From contig OZ241362.1 of assembly GCA_965200315.1 (NCBI GenBank), positions 1,888,001 through 1,952,000 on the forward strand: a stretch of DNA of 64,000 nt, read 5' to 3'. How positions within the stretch are numbered: position 1 is the stretch's first letter; every line of letters begins with the position of its first letter. The notes below the pieces were generated by a model. That model was given only the letters and a program-made list of their open reading frames with translations, made no database searches and had not been told where the DNA came from. Below, piece by piece: positions 51,389-58,962 of this stretch. Source of the stretch: Candidatus Latescibacterota bacterium (GTDB lineage Bacteria > Latescibacterota > UBA2968 > UBA8231). The translations under genes and the position numbers were made by a program.

Positions 51389-52834
51389 CTATAGATAGGG
51401 ATAGGTCGCTTCTGGATCGTAGTCCGGCAGCAGCGCGTCATGGGGTTGGCCGGGGATTAAGCGCGTCCCATCCACAAAACCTTCTGGTCGGTCTTTGAGG
51501 AATTCGCTGAGGCGATTTCGCCAAGGCTGCATCCTAATCTCAGCGTCGGCATCGCGCGACAAGTCGCGCATTTCTTGCGGGTCTTCGTCCAAATCGAAAA
51601 GGTGTTCTTGGCCCGTTTGGGAATACCAGATGTATTTGCAGTGCCCATCGGTGACAAAATGATTGCCGTGGTCGCGGGCGTAGCAGCCAGCGTGTTCGCC
51701 GTGGAGAAATTCCCTGACGCCATCGGCGTCGCCTTGCATGACGGGCAACAGGCTTTTGCCCGTGCAGGTAGCGGGAATGTCGATGCCGGCCGCGTCGAGG
51801 ATGGTGGGCATGATGTCTTGGATGCCGACGGGACGTTGGCAGACGACTCCTTCGGGATAGCCCCAATTTTTGGGGGCACGCATGAAGAATGGGACTCGGG
51901 CCGACGCTTCGTAAGGCCAAGTTTTGCGAAAGAGGTTGTGGTCGCCCAGCATTTCGCCGTGGTCGGAGGTGAAGAGGACCAAGCAGTTGTCGAGGCTCCC
52001 GGTAAACTGGATGAGGCGGCCGAGTTGGTCGTCTATAAAGTTGATCATGCCGTAATAAGCGGCGCGACAACAGCGCATATCGCGTGCGCTGAGACGAATT
52101 TCCCACTCATTGGGATTGAGCCCTTTTTGCGGGCCATCGAATGCGGGAGCCCAGTCGCCGACGACGGGATCGGGCAGGCTGCGGTGGATATAGCGGTCGT
52201 AATAAGGAGCGGGTGGCGTGAGCGGAGGGTGGGGGTCGATAAAGGAAACATTGAGAAAAAACGGTGCCGAAGGATCGCGCTTGCGCAGAAAGTCCATAGC
52301 CCGGTCGACACACCAGAAGGTGTGCATCTGTTCTTCCGGCAAATGGTGTGGGCGACCGATCCAGCCGTTGGCGGAAACGCCGTGGGCCATGCCGGGCTCT
52401 ACTTCATGGCGGCCGTGGTATTGCCGCAGCCATTCGACGTAGTCGTTGTCGGCATCCCGGGTAGCATCGGCCAGTTGCATGTGGTCAAATCCGTAGCGCT
52501 TGCGCTGGGGGGTTAAGTGGAGTTTGCCGATCATCTCCGTCTGATAACCTGCCTTGGACAGCTCGCCGGCCAAGGTGTGCGGTGGCTGCCACTCAGCCCC
52601 TCTGAAGCCAACGGCTCCATTGGCGGCCGGGGCCGTGCCGGTCATCAGGCAGCGGCGGGCGGGAATGCAACTGGGGCATTCTGAGTAGCCGTGGTGAAAG
52701 TGTGTGCCGGTGCGGGCAAGCCAGTCTAAGTTAGGAGTTTGCAGGCACGAGGGGCTGTGGGGGTCGAGCCCGAGGCAGTCGCCGCGCTGCTGGTCGGTCA
52801 TAATGAGTAAGATATTGGGGCGGGTGTCTGGCAT
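51389..52834 (-). CDS. formylglycine-dependent sulfatase
   Basis: RPNILLIMTDQQR, CIPARRCLMTG (CxPxR), GKLH, TSDHG. Confidence 0.93.
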   Translation of the reverse strand: MPDTRPNILLIMTDQQRGDCLGLDPHSPSCLQTPNLDWLARTGTHFHHGYSECPSCIPARRCLMTGTAPAANGAVGFRGAEWQPPHTLAGELSKAGYQTEMIGKLHLTPQRKRYGFDHMQLADATRDADNDYVEWLRQYHGRHEVEPGMAHGVSANGWIGRPHHLPEEQMHTFWCVDRAMDFLRKRDPSAPFFLNVSFIDPHPPLTPPAPYYDRYIHRSLPDPVVGDWAPAFDGPQKGLNPNEWEIRLSARDMRCCRAAYYGMINFIDDQLGRLIQFTGSLDNCLVLFTSDHGEMLGDHNLFRKTWPYEASARVPFFMRAPKNWGYPEGVVCQRPVGIQDIMPTILDAAGIDIPATCTGKSLLPVMQGDADGVREFLHGEHAGCYARDHGNHFVTDGHCKYIWYSQTGQEHLFDLDEDPQEMRDLSRDADAEIRMQPWRNRLSEFLKDRPEGFVDGTRLIPGQPHDALLPDYDPEATYPYL

Positions 52835-52945
52835 ATCATTCTCCTCTTAAGGACCTGATGTTGCGCATCGGAGCCGAAGGGGTCATCTGTGCATCGCCTA
52901 CTCAGAAGGGCATGGTTATCGGCGCGAACACATAGGCGTGATCAC

Positions 52946-55063
52946 CTACGTTACAGATGCTGGATGCAGCGTCACCGACTGGACGTGGTCGTAGCCGCCC
53001 GGCGCGCGGATCGGCTGCCGCTGACTTTCGATGTCCACGCTTGCGCCCTGACAGGTGAAGCGGTACGCACCCGCTTCAGGCAACACAAACCACGCGGTGC
53101 CCGCCAGATCGGCCCGCACGGCATAGGGCCGCACAGCTTGCCCGGCCAGCGGGGCCACGAGGACACAGGCGCGGGCGACCGGGCGACCGTCGCGCACCAC
53201 CCTCACGAGCACCTCCGGCAACCGCTCGGACGCCAGCGGCCCCACGTCTCGCCCGGCGAGCTGGCGGAACAACGCCTGTGACCAAGCCGTCGTCGCCGTT
53301 GGACGCGAGACCGGCTGCTGAGGATCACACCAGTTGAGACACAGCCGGTGCTTGCCCCGCGCCGCCGGGGTCCCCACGCCAAAAGGATCGATGCGGGCGT
53401 CCGCTCCCGACTGCGACGGCCACGTGACCTCCAAGTCGAGCGGTCCGGCCAGCATCCCCGGCACGGAGTCGGTGAAACCGCGGTAATCCATGTCGGCGAG
53501 GAAAAACGTCTGTAGCCCGTGTACATTGCGCTCCGGCATTGAGGTCAAAAATTCCCACCAGCCTTCCGCCAGCGGTGGCTCCTCCTGCTCTCCCCACGAG
53601 GCTCGCGCGAAGATGCCCGCCTCACCGACCCGGATCGGCTTCACTCGGAGGCCGCTGCGAATCGCATCAATGCTCGCCTCGATGTTTTCTAGGCCGCTGA
53701 ACAGCCGGTAGCAATCAATCAGCTCGATTAGCTCGTCCGTGGCCACAGCAGGATCAAAGGTGACTTCGGCGATGCGGCTGCCGTCGAGTTCTTTTACCTT
53801 GCGCAGCAAGGGCACACAGTATGCGGGCTCGCGCGCGTCGGTGATGTCCCAGAACAGGATCGACGGATGGTTGCGGACCGAGCGGATCCAGTGGTCGGCC
53901 ACCGCTAGCTGGTACTCTGCTACCAGCACCTTTTCCGCGGCGTCCATCTCCGGCGGGTACACCTGTCCCGTGCCGACGCAGAAGTTGGCACCCACCACGA
54001 ACACGCCCAGCTCGTCGGCCACATCGTAAAACACCGGCGGCGGGTCGTAGCGATGGTGCTCGACGATGCTGACGTTGGCGTCGGCCAGATCGACGAACTT
54101 GCGAGTCAGCCACTGGCGCTCGTACACGTACGGCACGGTGTGGTCGCCCCAAGGCATTAGCTGAATGCCGTTGAGCAGCAGCCGATCCTCCTCGGCCCAG
54201 ATTTCGCGGAAGCCGAAGCGGGTTACGTCCGTATGCACGGCGCGACCGGCCGAGTGCAGCGCACTTTCGAGGAAGTACAAGACCGGCTCGCCGTACGGCG
54301 GACGGCCCCAAAGCACAGCGTCGCGCCAAGGCGCTGCGGTCTCTAGGCGGCGGCTCTCCCCTATCGCCAGATCGAGAGCACAGCCTGCGAGTTCTAACGC
54401 GGTCTCGCCCGCCCGGCGCACCCGCAGGCGAACATCGCCGTGGAACGCTTCATCAGCGTCGTTGCGGACGGTCAACCCAACGCGGATTTCGCGTTCCCGC
54501 ACCGACGTGATGATCTGCACGTCTTCGACCCGCACCCGCGACTCCCAGCTCAGCCACACATCCGACTCCATGCCAACGGTGGCGGCGCTCGTGTACCAGA
54601 AGCGAGTGTCGAGGGCTTTTTCCGCCTCTTCGCTTAGCTGTGGGGCGTCGGGATGTGCATAGGGGCCGCTGCAGTTGTGGGTGAACACGTCGAGCCGATA
54701 AGCGCGCCCCGGACGGATGCTATCCGTCAGATCAATGCGCCAAGGCAAGCGCATGCCGTAGTGCTCGCCGATCCCCACACAGTCGAGGAAGGCGCGCCCG
54801 AAGTGGCGCACCCGCCCGAGGTCGAGCACAATGCGCCCGTCTGCATCCCAGCCTTCGGGCAGGCGCAGTTCTGTGCGATACCAGCCGGACTTGGGCGGAT
54901 CGTCTTCAAACTCGCGCGAGCGATGCGGCACGCGCACGCGCTCCCAGCCGGCGGTCGGCGGGTCGCCATCGGGGCCTGCGGCAAACTCCCACTCGCCGTT
55001 CAGCAGCAGGCGGACATCGCCGCCCCCTTTTAGCAGTTCGGAATCGGTGCCTGAAGTGTTCAT
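52946..55063 (-). CDS. GH2-like glycoside hydrolase
   Basis: LNGEWEF, GWYRT, RFGFREI, LLLNG, YDVADELG, RNHPSILFW. Confidence 0.75.
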   Translation of the reverse strand: MNTSGTDSELLKGGGDVRLLLNGEWEFAAGPDGDPPTAGWERVRVPHRSREFEDDPPKSGWYRTELRLPEGWDADGRIVLDLGRVRHFGRAFLDCVGIGEHYGMRLPWRIDLTDSIRPGRAYRLDVFTHNCSGPYAHPDAPQLSEEAEKALDTRFWYTSAATVGMESDVWLSWESRVRVEDVQIITSVREREIRVGLTVRNDADEAFHGDVRLRVRRAGETALELAGCALDLAIGESRRLETAAPWRDAVLWGRPPYGEPVLYFLESALHSAGRAVHTDVTRFGFREIWAEEDRLLLNGIQLMPWGDHTVPYVYERQWLTRKFVDLADANVSIVEHHRYDPPPVFYDVADELGVFVVGANFCVGTGQVYPPEMDAAEKVLVAEYQLAVADHWIRSVRNHPSILFWDITDAREPAYCVPLLRKVKELDGSRIAEVTFDPAVATDELIELIDCYRLFSGLENIEASIDAIRSGLRVKPIRVGEAGIFARASWGEQEEPPLAEGWWEFLTSMPERNVHGLQTFFLADMDYRGFTDSVPGMLAGPLDLEVTWPSQSGADARIDPFGVGTPAARGKHRLCLNWCDPQQPVSRPTATTAWSQALFRQLAGRDVGPLASERLPEVLVRVVRDGRPVARACVLVAPLAGQAVRPYAVRADLAGTAWFVLPEAGAYRFTCQGASVDIESQRQPIRAPGGYDHVQSVTLHPASVT

Positions 55064-55066
55064 ACC

Positions 55067-56863
55067 TTACCTCTCGCCTTGGGCCATAGCCTCATTACCG
55101 ACCGGCTCCAGCCGGATAAAGGTCTTCAACAATTCCCACTGCCAAGAGTGCGGGAAGCCGTAGGGGTCTTGCTGGCTCGGCCAGCCGGTCCAGCGGGTGG
55201 TGTTGCAAGGATAGCGGATGATGAGCTGCGCCAAGAAGATGTCGGGCAACTCCCCCACCCAGATTTCCATGGCCTCCGCGAACAGCGCCAACAGTTCCTC
55301 GTCGCCGACCTGTAGAGGCGCGATGCGCTCGACAATGCGGTCGAACTCCTCGTTGCGCCAGCGCGAGGTGGTTGACCACAGCGGCGCCGGCTGGCCGGTG
55401 GGCCGGAAGTACTGAGAGGTGTAGTAAGACAGCATCAGATAAGGGTCCATGCCGCGCACCCCGCTAGGTCCCTTACAGCCGAGGGAAGCCTTCTGCTCTC
55501 CGGTCTGCACAAGCGAGGTCAGGCCGGGCGAGGTGTCGAAGTTCGCATCAAAACCAGCGTCGCGCAGTTGTTGGGTTAGCGGCGGACCGTAGGCCCGCAG
55601 CCACTGCGGCACGTACATGGCAATCTCGACGCGCTCGCCCTCTGAGTTGATCCACAAGCCCTCGTCGTCCTTGCGATAGCCTTTCCCCTCCATGATCCGA
55701 TCCACTTCTTCCAAGTGCGGCTTGGTGTCGTACCCGTGCCGGGCGAGAATCTCCTGCAGGGCCTCGTCAAAAGGCGCGAACCATTCGTAGGGCGTGAAGG
55801 GATGCAACGCGACCACGCCCGCGCCCGACTCGGCTAACTGGACGAGTTTCTCCCGGTCGATGGCCATGCTGATCGCCCGGCGAATCTGCGGATCGTCAAA
55901 CGGCGGCTCCGAGCAGTTCATGTTGAGGTCAATGGGGCACCAGTCCAAGTAGCCGTAGGGCGGCTCCCGCTCAGAAAAGGTCACGACCTGCGCATTGCGC
56001 TCTAACACGCTTTCGAGGGTGAGCACCTGCATGATGGGGGCCATGTCGAGCTGATCGGTCAGCAGCAGTTGCGCGGCTTGGCTTTCCTCTTGCTGCGGCA
56101 CGTAGATGATGCGCTCAATTCTCGGCAGGCGCTTGAACCCGGTCTTGGCCGCCCACCATTCCCGCCGCAGATCGTAGATTTTCTGGTAAGGCGAAGCGTA
56201 CACGAGGCGGTAGGGACCTGTGCCCAAGGGCAAGCCGCCGTCGATATCGTGGAACGTGAACTCTAGCGGGTCTTGGTCTTTCCAGATGTGCTCAGGCAAG
56301 ACGAAGATGCCGTGGTTGCTGCTCAGGGTGGTCGCCCAAAACGCGGGCCCCGCCTTTTTCAGCACCAGCCGCACTGTGCGGTCATCGACGACCTCGACGG
56401 AATCGAAGAACTCGGGCAGGTCGGCCAGATGCACCATGGACTCGGCGTGCTCACGCAGCAGGCCAAAGGTGAAGGCCACGTCGCGCGCGGTGAAGGGCAC
56501 GCCGTCGGCCCATTCAATGCCCGCACGCAGCTTCACGGTGAGCACAGTGAAGCTATCGTTGTACTCCCAGCTTTCGGCCAGCCAGTTCTCGTATTCCCCG
56601 GTGAGCACGTTGTACATAATCAGCGGCTCAAATACCGCCGGCAGCGTACCCATGTGGAACCCCTGATCCGAGCCGGGGATGTAGGGGTTCTGATTGTCGA
56701 ACAGGGCGTACTGGTTCGGCCCGCCGTTCATCAAGATCAGGGTGCGATCCCGGGGAACATCGTCTAGCACCACAGCCGGCCCGCAGCTAGCCAGCACCGC
56801 ACATGCCGCAAGCAGGAGTAGAGGCACCCCTTGTATGTTGAAGTTATTGTTTTTCAAAGGCAT
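55067..56863 (-). CDS. ABC transporter substrate-binding lipoprotein, family 5
   Basis: Lipobox LASC; LAESWE, LRAGIEWADGVPFTARDVAFT, GTGPY, PFDDPQIRRAI. Confidence 0.9.
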   Translation of the reverse strand: MPLKNNNFNIQGVPLLLLAACAVLASCGPAVVLDDVPRDRTLILMNGGPNQYALFDNQNPYIPGSDQGFHMGTLPAVFEPLIMYNVLTGEYENWLAESWEYNDSFTVLTVKLRAGIEWADGVPFTARDVAFTFGLLREHAESMVHLADLPEFFDSVEVVDDRTVRLVLKKAGPAFWATTLSSNHGIFVLPEHIWKDQDPLEFTFHDIDGGLPLGTGPYRLVYASPYQKIYDLRREWWAAKTGFKRLPRIERIIYVPQQEESQAAQLLLTDQLDMAPIMQVLTLESVLERNAQVVTFSEREPPYGYLDWCPIDLNMNCSEPPFDDPQIRRAISMAIDREKLVQLAESGAGVVALHPFTPYEWFAPFDEALQEILARHGYDTKPHLEEVDRIMEGKGYRKDDEGLWINSEGERVEIAMYVPQWLRAYGPPLTQQLRDAGFDANFDTSPGLTSLVQTGEQKASLGCKGPSGVRGMDPYLMLSYYTSQYFRPTGQPAPLWSTTSRWRNEEFDRIVERIAPLQVGDEELLALFAEAMEIWVGELPDIFLAQLIIRYPCNTTRWTGWPSQQDPYGFPHSWQWELLKTFIRLEPVGNEAMAQGER

Positions 56864-57002
56864 AGGTTATATCAACGGAAATGGCCTGATGAGCGTAAGT
56901 TAGCAGGAATTTTACTCTCAATCACTATCTCAAGTCAAGGTTTTGCTCGGCTTCAAACATAGAAACCAAAGGGATGGCTCAAACTAAGAGGGACCCTACC
57001 CT

Positions 57003-57092
57003 CTCCCCCCTTCCGATGCGAAAGGGGGGAGCCTAAGATGAGATTACGGGGTTCTCCCCTTTCCTCGTAGGCAAGGGGACCGGGGGATAGGT
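57003..57092. repeat. pair of C-rich/G-rich palindromes (REP/MITE-like)
   Basis: CTCCCCCCTT...AAGGGGGGAG (57003-57031) and TCCCCTT...AAGGGGA (57055-57079). Confidence 0.55.
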
Positions 57093-57385
57093 CCCCAGCG
57101 CAAGCCCTGCGAAACGTCCGTTAACCCTTGGCGGGGGTCTAGGGGATGTGGGGAGTTTGGGTCTGTGGGTGCCGATTTTCTCCCGGGGTTGGCGGCGGCT
57201 TAGTCCCTAAAAGGTTTCATTCATGGGTGGTGTCCGATACAGTCGCGCCCCGCACGATCTCAGCCTCTCCCCTACGCTTCGGCCTTGGCATGGATGTTGC
57301 AATGTAGGAATTACGAATTACGAAAGGCCCCAACCGCTCCCTGCGGTTCGGACGGCTGGCACACGCTAATGCCTACTGGATCACC

Positions 57386-58288
57386 ATGGCTGAGTTGGAT
57401 ACGGTTTCCAAGCACCTGATTCAAACCTACCCCGCCGACTTCGTCCGTTTCACCATCCAGCGCGACGATATCGAAGTCGTCGAAGTGCTCGATACCGAGC
57501 AACCCACCGTCGAAACCCGCCGCACCGATAGCCTGATCCGCGTGCGTATCGGGGGCAAAGACGCCCTAGTCCACCACGAATTTCAAACCACCGATAGCAC
57601 CCGCCCCCCAATGCCCCGCCGCATGGCCGGCTACATCGGCCGCTGTATCGAGCGCTACGGACTGCCGGTGTACGCCTATGTCTTCTACCTGCGCCCCGCC
57701 GCCGGACGACGCGATCCGGGCTGCTACCTCCAAGCGCTTTGCGGCCACCAAATCTTCGTTCAATACAAGGTAATCCGCCTCAGCCAACAGGCCGGTCAGG
57801 CCGTGCTCGACCGGAAGCTTGCGGGCTTGTTGCCGTTGGCACCGTTGATGCAACCGCCGGCCGGACAGACCCCCAAGGCGTGGTTGGATCAATGTGTGGC
57901 CACGGCGGCGGCCGTGCCATTAGAACGGTCGATTAAGGCCAACTTTCTCGCTGGGTTAGCGATCTTGAGCGGATTAGTGTATAATCCTCAGACGATCACG
58001 GCCATTGTTTCCAAGGAGCATCTCATGGACCTCATCCACGAATCCTCGTTTGCCCAGTACCTCACCAAAAGTGCCCGTGAGCAAGGCATTGAGCAAGGCA
58101 TTGAGCAATGCCGCCGACTCAGTATCCAAGAAGTGTTGGCGTTGCGCTTTGGCCCCGGCGCGGCCCAATCCTTCGCCGCCGGCTTGGAGGCCATTGGCGA
58201 TGTACAGCGGCTCAAGCAGTTGCATCGGGCGGCTATACAGGTGTCCAGTCTCGAAGCCTTTAGGCACTTGGTAGAAGCCGACGAGTAA
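57386..58288 (+). CDS. Rpn/YhgA-like recombination-promoting nuclease (PD-(D/E)XK)
   Basis: RRTDSLI...VHHEFQT, MPRRMAGY, VFYLRP, GLLPLAPLM, C-terminal EQGIEQG repeats and LRFG. Confidence 0.85.
   Translation: MAELDTVSKHLIQTYPADFVRFTIQRDDIEVVEVLDTEQPTVETRRTDSLIRVRIGGKDALVHHEFQTTDSTRPPMPRRMAGYIGRCIERYGLPVYAYVFYLRPAAGRRDPGCYLQALCGHQIFVQYKVIRLSQQAGQAVLDRKLAGLLPLAPLMQPPAGQTPKAWLDQCVATAAAVPLERSIKANFLAGLAILSGLVYNPQTITAIVSKEHLMDLIHESSFAQYLTKSAREQGIEQGIEQCRRLSIQEVLALRFGPGAAQSFAAGLEAIGDVQRLKQLHRAAIQVSSLEAFRHLVEADE
58025..58288 (+). CDS. intragenic in-frame RpnS-like small protein (87 aa)
   Basis: AAGGAG-N6-ATG inside the rpn gene; TATAAT at 57980. Confidence 0.65.
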   Translation: MDLIHESSFAQYLTKSAREQGIEQGIEQCRRLSIQEVLALRFGPGAAQSFAAGLEAIGDVQRLKQLHRAAIQVSSLEAFRHLVEADE

Positions 58289-58323
58289 GGACGATCATGA
58301 TCATCTCTTCCAAGGAGCAGCTC

Positions 58324-58638
58324 ATGGACCTCATCCGCGAATCCCCGTTTGCCCGGCACCTCGCCGAATCCCTCCTCGCCAAAAGTGCCCGTGAGCAAGG
58401 TTTTGAGCAAGGTTTTGCGCAAGGTTTTGAGCAAGGTTTTGCGCAAGGTTTTGCGCAAGGCCGCCGACACTGTATCCAAGAAGTGTTGGCGTTGCGCTTT
58501 GACCCCGGCGCGGCCCAATCCTTCGCCGCCGGCTTGGAGGCCATTGGCGATGTGCAGCGGCTCAAGCAGTTGCATCGGGCGGCCATACAGGTGTCCAGTC
58601 TCGAAGCCTTTAGGCACTTGGTAGAAGCCGACGAGTAA
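58324..58638 (+). CDS. stand-alone duplicated RpnS-like protein (104 aa)
   Basis: Own AAGGAG-N6-ATG; 3' half nearly identical to the rpn C-terminus; 12-bp EQGF/AQGF repeats expanded. Confidence 0.75.
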   Translation: MDLIRESPFARHLAESLLAKSAREQGFEQGFAQGFEQGFAQGFAQGRRHCIQEVLALRFDPGAAQSFAAGLEAIGDVQRLKQLHRAAIQVSSLEAFRHLVEADE

Positions 58639-58962
58639 GGACACCGCAAAGACGTCCATCAGACTCCTTCCTGTCGCTCGGATGGATTGAGTACTCCAGC
58701 TAGGTCAATTAAAGGCGCATCGCGTCGTCTCATCGAGATGGCCGATCTGCGCCTCGGACGCGCCTGCGTGGTCGAGACGGTTTTGGACGATGGAGATGCG
58801 GCGAATCGCTATATCGTCACGCGGGGCTTGCGGCATCGTTCACCCACCTCCGTAGGACAGGTCGGCGGCTGCACCGCGCCGGCAATGGATCTTTCACCTC
58901 AGCGGCGTTTTGCGTCCGATGCTTCCATCTCACCGCCCACCGCTCGCTGAGAGCCTAACGCA

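Noticed and set aside
58687-58950. 87-aa ORF between the RpnS copy and the MTase
   Set aside because: No motif recognised; cannot be supported as a gene
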